The notes under the pieces: model-generated
Database searches by the model: none
Seen by the model: the letters and a program-made list of their open reading frames with translations, nothing else
Told to the model about the DNA's origin: nothing
NCBI GenBank assembly: GCA_903813345.2
Contig: CAIIXF020000001.1
Coordinates: 23,312,001 to 23,376,000 of the forward strand
Origin: Owenia fusiformis
Taxonomy: Eukaryota
Reading direction: 5' to 3'
Length of the DNA: 64,000 bases
Position numbers and translations under genes: made by a program
Part shown: one piece after another, positions 11,695 to 31,209 of the stretch
How positions within the stretch are numbered: position 1 is the first letter of the stretch
Layout of the letters: every line of letters begins with the position of its first letter

Positions 11695-13671
11695 TTTTTA
11701 TGTCACCACCAAAAGTGGTGACATATTGTTATGGTCTCCGTTTTTTTTCGACGGCGTCCGGCGGTTGGTGGTTGGCGTCCGGCGTCTGTAACAATTTCTT
11801 ACAACTTCCTATAACTTAACAAATACTGTTTAGACTGACTTCAATTTTTTTCTAAATCATCTACATGTTCTCAGAAGTTCAAATCTGACTTTAGATTTGA
11901 CATTTGACCTTCAATGACCTTCTCAAGGTCAACAAGGTCTTTTTTCAACTTGCTTCACATTGACTAAATTTTTTTTCAAAATCATCTACATGTTCTCAGA
12001 AATTCAAATCTGACTTTAGATTTGACATTTGACCTTCAAATCTGACTTTAGATTTGACATTTGACCTTCAATGACCTTCTCAAGGTCAAAAAAGGTAAAA
12101 AAGGTCTGTTTTCAACTTGCTTCGAATTGACTAAATTTTTTTTTCAAAATCATCTACGTGTTCTCAGAAATTCAAATCTGACTTAAGATTTGACTTAAGA
12201 TTTGACATTTGACCTTCAATGACCTTGTCAAGGTCAAAAAAGGTCAAAAAGGTCTGTTTTCAACTTGCTTCAAATTGACTAAAAAAAAAATTTTCAAAAT
12301 CATCTATGTGTTCTCAGAAATTCAAATCTGACTTTAGATTTGACTTAAGATTTGACATTTGACCTTCAATGACATTCTCAAAGTCAAAAAAGGTCAAAAA
12401 GGTCTTTTTTCAACTTGCTTCAATTTGACTAAATTTTTTTTTCAAAATCATCTACATGTTCTCAGAAATTCAAATTTGACTTTAGATTTGACATTTGACC
12501 TTCAGTGACCTTCTCAAGGTCAAAAAAGGTCAAAAAGGTCTGTTTTCAACTTGCTTCAAATTGACTAAATTTTTTTTTCAAAATCATCTACGTGTTCTCA
12601 GAAATTCAAATCTGACTTAAGATTTGACATTTGACCTTCAATGACCTTCTCAAGGTCAAAAAAGGTCAAAAAGGTCTGTTTTCAACTTGCTTCAAATTGA
12701 CTAAAAAAAATTTTCAAAATCATCTACGTGTTCTCAGAAATTCAAATCTGACTTTAGATTTGACTTAAGATTTGACATTTGACCTTCAATGACCTTCTCA
12801 AAGTCAAAAAAGGTCAAAAAGGTCTTTTTTCAACTTGCTTCAAATTGACTAAATTTTTTTTTCAAAATCATCTACATGTTCTCAGAAATTCAAATCTGAT
12901 TTTAGATTTGACATTTGACCTTCAATGACCTTCTCAATGTCAAAAAAGGTCAAAAAGGTATTTTTTCATCTTGCTTCAAATTTACTAATTTTTTTTTCAA
13001 AATCATCTACATGTTCTCAGAAATTCAAATATGACTTAAGATTTGACATTTGACCTTCAATGACCTTCTCAAAGTCAAAAAAGGTCATAAAGGTCTTTTT
13101 TCAACTTGCTTCAAATTGACTAATTTTTTTTTCAAAATCATCTACATGTTCTCAGAAATTCAAATCTGACTTTAGATTTGACATTTGACTTTCAATGACC
13201 TTCTCAATGTCAAAAAAGGTCAAAAGGGTATTTTTTCATCTTGCTTCAAATTGACTAAATTTTTTTTCAAAATCATCTACATGTTCTCAGAAATTCAAAT
13301 ATGACTTTAGATTTGACTTTAGATTTGACATTTGACCTTCAATGACCTTCTCAAGGTCTAAAAAGGTCAAAAAGGTCTTTTTTCAACTTGCTTCAAATTG
13401 ACTAATTTTTTTTTTCAAAATCATCTACATGTTCTCAGAAATTCAAATCTGACTTTAGATTTGACATTTGACCTTTAATGACCTTCTCAAGGTCAAAAAA
13501 GGTCAAAAAGGTCTGTTTTCAACTTGCTTCAAATTGACCAAATTTTTTTTTCAAAATTATCTACATCTTTTCAGAAGTTCAAATTTGACTTTACAAGTTC
13601 TCAGAAATTCAAATCTGACTTAATATTGTGAGCAACTAGGTGGTGACATTTTGTCATGTTAATGCCTTGTT
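11695..13671 (+). mobile_element. Non-autonomous Helentron (HINE/DINE-1-like) carrying ~13 copies of a ~140-bp satellite
   Basis: 5' TTTTTATGTCACCACCAAAAGTGGTGAC (subTIR plus palindrome), CGTCCGG motifs, central array (...aaatcatctacatgttctcagaaattcaaatctgactttagatttgacatttgaccttcaatgacc...), 3' GGTGGTGACAT...AATGCCTTGTT; T-rich ends, no TSD. Same ends at 43698-45451. Confidence 0.8.
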
Positions 13672-13731
13672 ACATCTTAGCAGTTACCATCATTGGATGA
13701 TGTCTCTATGATTTCAGCTAAAGTCTCCACA

Positions 13732-20425
<6,694 letters not shown>

Positions 20426-21370
20426 AGACAATGCACGAGGATAGCAAATCATGATCCAATCTTGACATTGTTGACTATCGGATCATGTTTTGAATAGTGA
20501 TGCAGATACATTACAGTACACATGAGACCCCACCAGCCGATAAGTCATTTATAGTTTAACAGTAAAGGTTGAGTTAATCTCGAGTTGTACTGTACTTGTC
20601 TGCCCCACATTAACACTGAGAGCTTTTATTGTATTGTATTGTGTACAAATACAAGATTGAAAGATGGATGAATGGATGGATGATATTATAAGTGTGTAAA
20701 GATACAGCCAGACGATCACTGCCAGATACCAGGACCAAGCAGCTTCTTAGCTCTGCTGCTCTATGGAGATTCAGAATTGAGATACGTGGACTTTGTATGA
20801 TAGACTGAACTGTAAATTTTGAGTCCTATGTCTCTCATATCTGTAGTACCAGGCATGAACTTGGTATTCATAATGGGCGTCAAGTTATGCAGCTTTGTGA
20901 ATTTCCAGCAGATGCCTTTTACACAGGGCAATAAACATAGGATGAAATCATAAGATGACAAATTGATTGTGCCACATAATGGCTGCTGCCGCTGCGACAT
21001 ATTATAGCCTAGCTAGTAAATGTATGGATAGCCCTGTATAATGGGAAATATCCCAAATTCATAGTTGGTTCCTTTAACAGTGAAACTATACTAAGAATTG
21101 GATGCGGGGCTCGTAGCTTTGTATAGATTAAGGTGGGAGAGATCCAAGCTCTTTCACCTGAGATTGTGCATGTTATGTCTATGTTGTTTGAGTATTGTAG
21201 TTAAGCAAATCATAGCCTTATGAACAACTCCTAGCACTTTATTATTAAGACTTGTAGCTTTATTCTTGAAACTGTATAAGATTTTATAGTTGATTTATTT
21301 AATGTATTCTCTAAGAATATTTTAATCACTGTTGTTATAACGACATAGAATGTTATATAGATTGCGGCTG

Positions 21371-21397
21371 AAATAAAAGTTGAAAACTATAAATAAA
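21371..21397 (+). terminator. Probable enolase polyadenylation signals
   Basis: AATAAA at ~21372 and ~21392 followed by T/GT-rich sequence, ~950 nt after the stop codon. Confidence 0.4.
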
Positions 21398-21444
21398 CCA
21401 TTTGTTATTTTCTTTTTTACTAAAACTCCATATATACAGATTTA

Positions 21445-21663
21445 GGGCAAAGGGGTGTAACGTCGACGTGTGGGATAAAGTCGACATAAGAGACGGGGTA
21501 ACTTGGACACTTACATTTTTCCATTTTCCACCATGTTTGATTTCTGGAAAAAAGAAAATCTTCCCCCTAGATTGGAAATTAGAGCAAATAAACAATTAGG
21601 TGTCTAGGTTAACCCACATGTCAGTTACCCCCAAAATGGTGTCGATGTTACACCCCTTTGCCC
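21445..21663. mobile_element. MITE-like element with 23-bp TIRs
   Basis: gggcaaaggggtgtaacgtcgac vs gtcgatgttacacccctttgccc; no clear TSD. Confidence 0.6.
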
Positions 21664-23367
21664 GACATGAATTGGTGCCCCTCTGGTTTTCAATGACCCC
21701 CCCCCCCTTAGCATTCTTATTCGATACTGTATATACACTTGATTTGGTAACCATTTTGATTTGGCTGTAGATACACTTGATTTGGCGGATCAAGCATAAG
21801 GGATCAAGCAAGGGTTTCAAAATCAGGTCATATTTGTTTAATCTTTTCCTATGAAAATACTTTCTCTAAATTTAAAGTACTGTATATGTAAATGGGTCTA
21901 CATTAATTTTAAAAGGCACTCAATCAAATCTCATTTCTTCAAAATTTCTCCCAAACCTGGCACCATAAGCTTACCCCAGGTCTTTCACCATTCAATTTTC
22001 AGGAAATTTCATGCTTGAAGCCATGCTAAGGTTCACAATGAAAGGACAATGTGCAATTATTGGCAAATATCCCTATGGTCAAAATGAATCATTCGTAGGT
22101 GTAACATGAAGAATAAAATGTCATATAATACTTTGGAAAATATTAAAGTGCTCGGACACACATAAGCTGAGATAGGGATCATTTCGTTCAGTTAGATTGT
22201 ATTGACTTACATGGGGCTGTGCACCATTGACTTAACATGAGGATATCAGCAGATCCCAATAGAGGCCATTGGTTTCCATTGATTATCACAGAAGTACCAA
22301 AAATACACTATGACCTGAATCGATTGCAAACTTAATAATTTCACAATACGACACAAATGGTTTATCTCATCAAATGTGCAAATATGAAGTTTGCAATCGA
22401 TTCAGGTTATACTTAAAATTAAAAGATTGTACATTTTTTCATCATTTTTTTCCCTACAAAATGGCTATAGAAAAATGCTCCAAAAACAACTTTTACACTT
22501 ATCAAATATCATACAAGTTTGTAAAACCAAAGATTATACTATTATATTTCATTATGTAGTAACATATTTGGATAAGATGCAGGGATGCGTAGGATGTATT
22601 TATGGATTTTGACAGACACAAAAATACTTCCTGGTTTGGAATCTATGCCTCTACACTTCATGATTGAATTATGACCCTAATAAGTGGCCTATACATCAAT
22701 ACAGTGCTGAATATAGGTCAACAAGATACTAGTCATAGTGTGCATATAAATGTAATAATTGAAGCAGAATACTCATTTTGAAAAATCAGATGAATTATTT
22801 TTTTCCCATGGGGAGATCCCAATGGAGGGTGTATAAGGTCCTTTCAGTTTAACGAGGCTTTATTGTAAATAAAATATTGCAGAAGTGGGGACCATACCTG
22901 GGTAAGAGAGTAGACTGTCAGGGGATTGCATCGACTTATGAGGCTTCTTCTTGTTTGAATGCTCATTTAAATCTGAATAAATTCTAGTTAAGGCAAACGA
23001 TAATGTATTACCTAAACATGTATTGTTAAATTCAAGTTGAGTCTGATGATCTGAATCCTATTTGTTGAAATGTTCTATAGGCTCTATAACTGAGCTGCTT
23101 CTATTATCAATATAAAACTAAAACAAGATTATTTCCATCGAGAAAAATATTTTATTCCAAGACAAATTGAATCAAGCTTGAGACCAATAAACCATCTAGG
23201 GTAATATGAATCGTGGATCCTGGTTTTCTCTTTAGAATTCTGCTTTATTATCAAGCATGCTCAGTCCTTGTATTCACTATTGTCATATATTGTCTACCAA
23301 GCTGCCTTATTGATTGTATCGACTTTCTGGACTGCCTTAGGCCACACACAAATGCTCAGTCTATTCA

Positions 23368-26300
23368 TTATCTTGGTTGCGTATTGTCTCCCCCAGCTCC
23401 ATCAGTGTAGGACATGGCTATACCAGTTTGTCCCTTGACTGCCTTGACAACTTCAGTCTCTCCTAGCTTCTGCTCCAGTCCTTGCCACTGTCTACTATGC
23501 AGGAAGTTAGCTGTAAATCAACAGTGACACATTAGATATATATTTTGGAATTTTTGTATAATATACAACTTGTTGGAGTCAAAGTGGAAACTGGAGAGAT
23601 TTCTTGCAAACCAAAGCCATAATTCTTGACTCATGTGTATGTATTTTCCACAATAAAAGTGTCCTTTAAAAATTAAGTAGTTTCTGAACTGTGAGTTGAG
23701 GAAGCTTCTTTATGTTGAATTATAGCACAACATCTATAAACATTTATAATATCAAGTTATCAACCAAAAATTCTTTGACAAATAAGTCCCATAAATAACT
23801 CCTAAAATCTCATTTTAAATCTGCACAATTTATTATCAAAACTGGACAAATAATCTGATATTGGATACACAAGATTGGTTTGAAACCTAATTTTTTACAA
23901 AAATATGTTTTAGCAGAGAAAACCAAAGCTAGATTTGACTACTTTTTGACAAATCAGCCTTTTAAAATGTCCTTAGAGGTTGACCAGATCAGCTTGACCT
24001 TCAAGTTATAACACATGTTATATATTTCACCCAAATATGGAAAGTGCAAAAATAGACCTGTCAATCAAATCTTGGAATGTTTCAGAGAAATTGAATTTCA
24101 GCTTGACTGACTAGGATTTGGTTTTCTATCAGATTACAAATATATTTTATTGAATGTATTTTCACTTTAAAAAATACAATTTGATTAAAATACATATAAT
24201 GATTAAGGTCATCGTGACATATTTGCAACACCATCTTCAAATTAGCTACAATAATTGCAATAAAATTGTGACTATTGGACACTAAAATTGGTTGCTACTT
24301 TGGAATAATTTTGCAAACTCTTTTTGCTCATAGACGTATTGTTATTGTTCCATTGTGCTACCTATATTTTTTTATAGAATAAAAATGGTCAAAAAGTGTT
24401 GTTTGGCAATAAAAATGACAACCATTGTTTAAAAGCAAACAAAATCAATCCTGGCCTTGTAGAAACATTTCAGAGGTAAAACACTTGAATTGAGTTGGAA
24501 TTGATAAAACTATGAAGAAAGATTTCAAAAAAGTACATGTACCTCCAGCATCTTGTGTGGCGAGTGTTAGTGCCTCATCTCTTGACAAGAGGGCCCCTGA
24601 TGATTCATTTTGTACTTCTTCAACACCAAGCGTCCTGATCTTTCCCGTGATTATTGACACGTCATGTTCTAGTTTTCTGGGCTCTTCTGAGATTTCAACT
24701 GGAATTTGGAAAACAAGATATTTTACATCTCATTCTTGCACATATCTTACATAATAATGTAATGAGATATCTTTCCTCATTAATCATACATGAAAGTTGC
24801 CAGTGAATAAAGTTAAGATTCGGGCAGGGTTTCAATTAAAAAGCAAATTCAATCAGGGACCCAAAAATATGGCTAAATATGTTTTTAAACTGTAAAGATT
24901 TACTTCAATTTGACTATTTTTAGACCCTGGTTTTGCCTATGAAATTCAAGCCTTCATCCCGAATCGGTATCAGATAATAGCAATTATCTTGAACTCTTAC
25001 TTTTATTGAGTTGTCTAAAGTCTGTCTCGTACTCCCCCGTCCACTGTAGGTTCTCATTGCAGGCCAGCTCCATCTCATATGGTGTTACGATTGGTTTATA
25101 AAACTCTTTAGAATCCAACAGGGTATTTTCTGCGCATGATATCAGCACGAAAACATCAATTTCTAAAAAGTTTGCCAGTTTGGCCACATTAATTTTCCCC
25201 ATGCTAAAGGTGTATGTTTTCTTGCCTGTAATTTTACATAAATGTTTCATCCTGTCTAATGTTTGTAGATAGTCCTTGATTCCTAAAGTTCCCATGACAA
25301 TCCCTACAATACTCGCATCCTTAGCCTTCTCAACCATGACATAACGTTTCATAAGCAGTTTATTGGAATTTGGGGTTTCCATATTGCATTCCATGGACTC
25401 TGGGTTATAACTATATAGCTGACACTGATTATACACCATTCTAATGTTAGTCATAGTTAAACTACTACTTCCAATGAAACATATGGTAAAGTCTCCAAGA
25501 TTGGTGCCCTCGGGTATTTTGAACGTCCTGCCACATTTAGTATGTAGCCTAGCAGATTGAGACTCTTCAGAATGTACTGTGTCCTGTGATTCTTTGGAGG
25601 ATATTGAGTTTGATTCAGATTCAGGCAGATTTAGAGATGAACACACAAATGTCTCATAGAATCTCCCTAGTTCTGTTTCTATTAATCCTGGAAATAGCAA
25701 ATATCATACTTTTAATATAATCAAGGAATGGTTCTTTAGCCTAGGGCTGTATCATTTGTTCAATTTTTTCAGTTCTTTATATTTCCATTAATAAAATGAA
25801 TGCTAATCAAAACAAATCTTGTAAATAAAATAACATAGCTTCAGTTGCGTACTTTTCATCAATAAATCAGTGTATTGATACATACCAATAGCGTGTCTGT
25901 ATGCTACATCATACATCAGGACCACAGGGAGAGCAGCATCATTAAGGGTGGATGTAATTACTGAGGTACAGTGTTCTACATCTATGGGTCTCTGACCAAA
26001 TATAAACAGAACAGGGAGACGTCCTGTCTGACTGAGACAGCTATGGCCATAGTGCACCAATGCATCAGCTTTGTGATGTTCTCCCGCAACCTCATCAACA
26101 CAGCAACTGGAGTCAAGGAATCAAGAAAATAAGGTTTTTGTTTTTCACATGGAGTTACAAGGTGTTAGAAAACCATTTTACTTGATTTAGATTATATTAA
26201 ATGAGGCGCACAGAATGGGAAAATGTCATATGTATTCTAGGATTTTTTCCCTGATGGCTGATATGCTTTTAAGATAAAAAAAAAGACCGAACTTGTTTTA

Positions 26301-26975
26301 CCATACTGTGAGCCTATTCATTTAGCAATTCAATACCTGGAAAAATGTCTTTGTGATTTATTGAATTTTCTAGCAGATATCGTCTCCTCCCCTCCATTCA
26401 TTTTGTTAAATTACCGGATGTGTTATAGGCTGGAAAATTGAATTTACTTTAAGATAAATGAGATGGAGCTCTTGCATAGTGTAGGAACATACCTTCCATA
26501 TGATGTGTCTCCAAGGATGAATAGCAAGGCTGATGTTGCTTGCCGCAAAGCTCCCACAATACTAGCAGAGTAGCACAGTAGCTCATCAGGAAATTGTAAC
26601 GCCACCTATTCATTGAATTATGAAATTCACATGTTGTTATGATTCAAGTTTTATAGACAATTACTTATACTTCTGGATAAACATTTAATATATAATGAAA
26701 TATAATGGTTTAAAATCATCATCAAATCGGCAAAAACAATCTTTAATGGTAACAGGTCAACTTGAAACTTGACCAAGGTTTCTTACTAACACAATAATAG
26801 GCATTTTACTGTTTCATAAACTCACCCTTTCATATTTATTGATGCAAATCCATTCAATGGTTCTCTTCACATCAAAGTCTCTTTCAATGTTGATTTCAGG
26901 TTTATGTTCAGTGGCGCCCTCTGATATTGTAGGCTCCATCAGGGATGACCCATCAGAGCTGAACGCAGTTGACAT
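23368..26975 (-). CDS. DPH2: Diphthamide biosynthesis protein 2, 489 aa
   Basis: complement join(26826-26975,26493-26605,25886-26106,25001-25687,24543-24698,23368-23510)=1470 nt; GT-AG, phases consistent. Motifs [77 protein letters not shown] (DPH2-type C-terminus). Confidence 0.95.
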
Positions 26976-27048
26976 GTTGCTTAAATATAATTCATAAAAA
27001 TTATTGATGTATTTTTACTTAGGATCACCAAGGTGGTAAATTAAGTTA

Positions 27049-27188
27049 TACAGAAAAACCTGTCTCACACCTTTGGTACCTCTAAAAGTGTTCCACTCAT
27101 TCATTTAACATTAAGTCAGTTGGTCTTGGGTATTCCACTTAAAGATGTTCCACTTCTAGAGGTGTTCCACTTTACAGATGTCACTGTA
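27049..27188. mobile_element. pogo/Tigger-like TA-flanked MITE family (also ~31630-31775 and ~46545-46684)
   Basis: tacag...ctgta ends with repeated gtgttccactt motifs; three related copies in introns of different genes. Confidence 0.5.
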
Positions 27189-28896
27189 TAAAAAATGAAC
27201 TCTAGAGTTGGTACCATGTTATCAATTAAGGCTCTTCTTTTATGCTTCACACTAAACAGATAATTCAAAATTGTTAGGTTGGTGTATGATTCCAAATTAA
27301 AGGATTAACCCATGTTCATATCAATTCTCGTCTTGAAAAGAAATTTGCATCTGAGAACAAAATCAATGTATTCATCAAGTTTATAAAACATTGCTGCCTT
27401 AGCCTTATTAAAGGAATGCGATGGAATAGAGTGCAGAATATTGGAAGCAATCTTGTTCTAAAAGCTTTTATGATCCCCTCTTCTGAAAAAGGAATTGAGA
27501 TTTCATCAAAATTGGAAAAGGGGATGTCCATTGTTTCCATTTTTGCGAGATAACAGTTGAGCTTTGTAATAAACGACATGGAATGATGAGAGGAAAAAAT
27601 ATTTTGACAATTTTTCCAAAACTTTCTCTAAAATCATCTCATCTCGATCCCTTCTTGTCCCTTTAAATTATTTTGAAAATTCAACATATATCATTGATTC
27701 CACATCTAATTACAATTTTCCATTTTGTAAATCAAAACTTACCTTTTTCAATTTCATATAGATATATAAAACTGTTATAGTATGAACTGTTGAACACATT
27801 TGTGATCAAGAAAACTAGGTTAATTAAATAAGTTTGGGGGTGTTCATTTTAGAGAGATGGATTTAACACAGGAACAAAACAAATGTGAGCCATGAAAATG
27901 ATCACCAGAGAGGTATTAATCTAAGAGGGGCTTCACGTTGAAGGTTTTACTGTAAATGACAAAACTATAAATAGTATACTATTTAGCAACATCATTTAAG
28001 TACAGGTTTTGGTTTTGTTGATGATGTACAGTAATATTAATGATAAAATTTAGAATGTTTCGTGTCTTTGTTTATGTCTACCTCCAACATTATGGCAAGA
28101 CACAGTCCAGGGGTTGCATACTGACAACAGTCAAACAAATGAAAACAACAGGCAAAGAATTGCTGTAATGAAACTCTTGTTGTCAGCCAAAAAGAGACAA
28201 CAAATATTTGTAATTTGCTTTCAAAACATTGTATTATTATATTCTTTCTGTAATTTTGTATCATCCAGGCTTGGTTTCAAAAAGAAAGATTCTCTGAGTA
28301 TCTTGATTAATTTACAATAAGTCAATGTTTCTATCGACACCACCTCCACATGATAATAACTTGGTCATGATGGCAACTAGGGCAGCAACAACAACTCCCC
28401 AGTGTAGAAGATCCCACTGAACAAAACATATTTTATCATATCACTTGTAATTTTGAACATTATATGGTAGGAATAACCAGACAGTTAGTATTATCTCATT
28501 TTGGCATTTAATCAAATAATATCTTATAATCCAGTCATGTGGTTTGAAGTCTTTGCCACTATCCTTTAGTCCAATCACCTTTGCAATATGATTATAATTA
28601 TTCCACCTTGTGTCCTTGACAGCTGTCAGAATCACAGTATCAGATTATCCCGTGTTATTATATTGTCCATCTTTGTGTGGCTGTTAATGTATGATCACAT
28701 CCAGATTCAATGTTCATCTATCATACTTTGCTTATCATCACTTAGATCATCATTATCAGTTAATCCATCCCGAATTGTTCATCTTAATTCCTATATATAT
28801 ATACATATTCTGCAAGGTAATCCTAATTGCACATATTACACATTTTGGTCATAATGTATGTTCGTCAAATAAATCCAACTCACACAAATAAGACTC

Positions 28897-29325
28897 CTAT
28901 CCAGTTAAGAACTTTCTCCCACAGTTTTGAGCTTTCTTGTTAAAGTTCACTGAATTAACTTGTGTGTTTAGTTCATAAAAAGGGTTCATGGAATGTTTGA
29001 TGTAATATTCATACATTTCCTGGAAGAAATTTCGAATTCCATCTTCATTCTTGATGTCATGCAGCATAATGAATCTCATCCTACTAGCCGTCACAAAGGC
29101 AGATACGAACCATTCGTTGAACTTGTCGATTATTTTCAGGTACATACTGGACGTGTTCCACATTTGTTCATCGATAAGGTCTAAGGCTGCATGTGCTATG
29201 AACTGGTTAAGATGTCGATGATCATCTTTCTTTGGTTCAACAGTTTTGTTAGCGGGGAAGAATTCCATCTCATATACTGGGTTGTCATGGTGACCAACTA
29301 TGGCAAAGTAGTAGTTACCCGCCAT
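28897..29325 (-). CDS. TRAPPC2: Trafficking protein particle complex subunit 2 (sedlin), 142 aa, single coding exon
   Basis: [22 protein letters not shown]...[17 protein letters not shown]...[28 protein letters not shown]...MNPFYE; uninterrupted ORF; acceptor cttccccccacag| at 29411 in the 5' UTR. Confidence 0.97.
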   Translation of the reverse strand: MAGNYYFAIVGHHDNPVYEMEFFPANKTVEPKKDDHRHLNQFIAHAALDLIDEQMWNTSSMYLKIIDKFNEWFVSAFVTASRMRFIMLHDIKNEDGIRNFFQEMYEYYIKHSMNPFYELNTQVNSVNFNKKAQNCGRKFLTG

Positions 29326-30274
29326 TGTGAATTTAAGTGCTGGAATCAATAGTAGTTCAAGCCCTTTAAATTTCTTGAATACATCAGTAGACTATTGGTT
29401 AAATTGTTCACTGTGGGGGGAAGTGATGTATTGATCTAGAGTACATGTATTTCCTGATCAATAACAGTTATTTGTCATATAAAAAGTCTCAAACACTAAT
29501 CGGGAAAATAATCCATAACAAATAATAATACAAGCAAAGCTTCAACTTAAATATGATTAATATTCTTATTAATATTTATAAGAATTATTAAATAGGAGTT
29601 CTAAATGCATTTGACACTTTTTCTAGATTATATACAGTATACATACGAAATCAATGAAGTTACATCAAGTTGTAAGCTTAAGAGACTCGAGTAAGATAAA
29701 TCCATAGGATTGGTGATTCAACTACTAAAAATAATCCTGAAACACCCAAAATTTCCCTATGTTGTAATTATACAGACAACATATAAGGATGTTTGCAGGA
29801 CTATTGTCCTGGAACCAGATAAACTTTTGCGACTTCTATAATGTAGTAGGGGGGTGATTATTGCTCAGAATTCTGATCCGATGATAATGCATATAATTTG
29901 AAATATTTGGAGAAAGAAACTGGTAATTTCAGCTTCGTTGGTACATGTATTATTCTATGACGAGTCATCTATGGATACTGGCAATGAGTAGCCTAGCCTC
30001 ATTACATAAAAAGATGACATAAACTAATATATCTAAAATAAACAAATGTTTAGCATATATGATGTGAATGTATTTATCCATATACTACTGCACTAGGTGG
30101 TCTTGGTTGCTTATTTTTAGATTTGAATGATCTTTTTATGTAATGAAGGAGAGAAAACTGAAAAAATGGACTGTTCTTAGCCCAGATCTACTTTCAGTTT
30201 TATTCACCTTTTAGGAATAAATTTGGTATACTTTATGAAAGAACTTTATTCTATAAACAATTTAAACATATTAC

Positions 30275-30536
30275 CTTCTGTCTATTGCTGCGAATAGTGT
30301 CAAATATTGACAAATAAGTTTTTTCTTTTTTTTCACGCCCAGGAACTTCACTCACCAGGTGGCGTTTTCAGTGGGCGATAATATGTGAAATAAAACAAAT
30401 CAATAATTTATTTGATTTTTCCTATATTATACGTGTCATTTACTGGATATTTCGGTGTTTTACCAACATAAACAATGCTGAGTACACAAGCGATGTTATC
30501 CTGCTAAGAATCAACCATGCTTTAGTTCTTAAAAAG
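30275..30536. promoter_or_regulatory. Probable bidirectional promoter and leader exons for TRAPPC2/DPH2 (-) and PIGB (+)
   Basis: Minus-strand donors AAG|GTAATA (30274) and CTG|GTGAGT (30355); plus-strand donor AAG|GTAAAC (30537); both flanking start exons begin with acceptors (29411, 31197). Confidence 0.5.
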
Positions 30537-31209
30537 GTAAACTGTTTGCAATTTATTGCATTCCCAGGCTACAAAAAATAGTAGAGGAAAATCATATTTT
30601 CTGTGAGGAAAATGTAAAAAATTCTATAGGGCCTAGAAAACATCTTTCATTACTTGAGTCTCAAGCCAATTCACGATACAGTGGTCTTAGAAGAAGGTAA
30701 ATCTTTCTTCACTCTTACTCATCAAAGAAATCAGGTTATCAATCAATCAGGTAAAATGCATATTTGCGTGACATATTTTGTCACGCTAAAAAAACAAGGC
30801 GTGACTTCAATTTTTCGGAGTTTCGGACAACTTTCTATATATGGTAATTTACTCTGACATCATCGCATAGTTGATTAGCACCCACTTAGCATGTGTTCGT
30901 TCCAGCTCGCTGATTGGTTGAGAAAAGATCAGCGTGCTGGGTGTGAAATTATTTCGATCTGCGCTGTCAGGGGCATAGGTCATGGGGATGAGCTAGACTA
31001 ATTATCCTCGAGTCCTTGAAATTTGGATTGAAAGTATTCAGACTGCAGGACTACTAAACTGTAATATAGTTTATACAAGACAGAGGGTAGTTTATAAGAC
31101 TCCACGTGCAGGATACATCTTTTAGTACGAGATACATCAATTTATTTTTACCTCTAGCTTAGATATATTGCATAATTTTTATGTACATATTTTTCAGATA
31201 ATTGTCAAA

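Noticed and set aside
11830-13620. Regular arrays (also 17214-18523, 35084-35437, 43860-45410) as CRISPR
   Set aside because: Head-to-tail units without unique spacers, no cas genes, eukaryotic spliced context.
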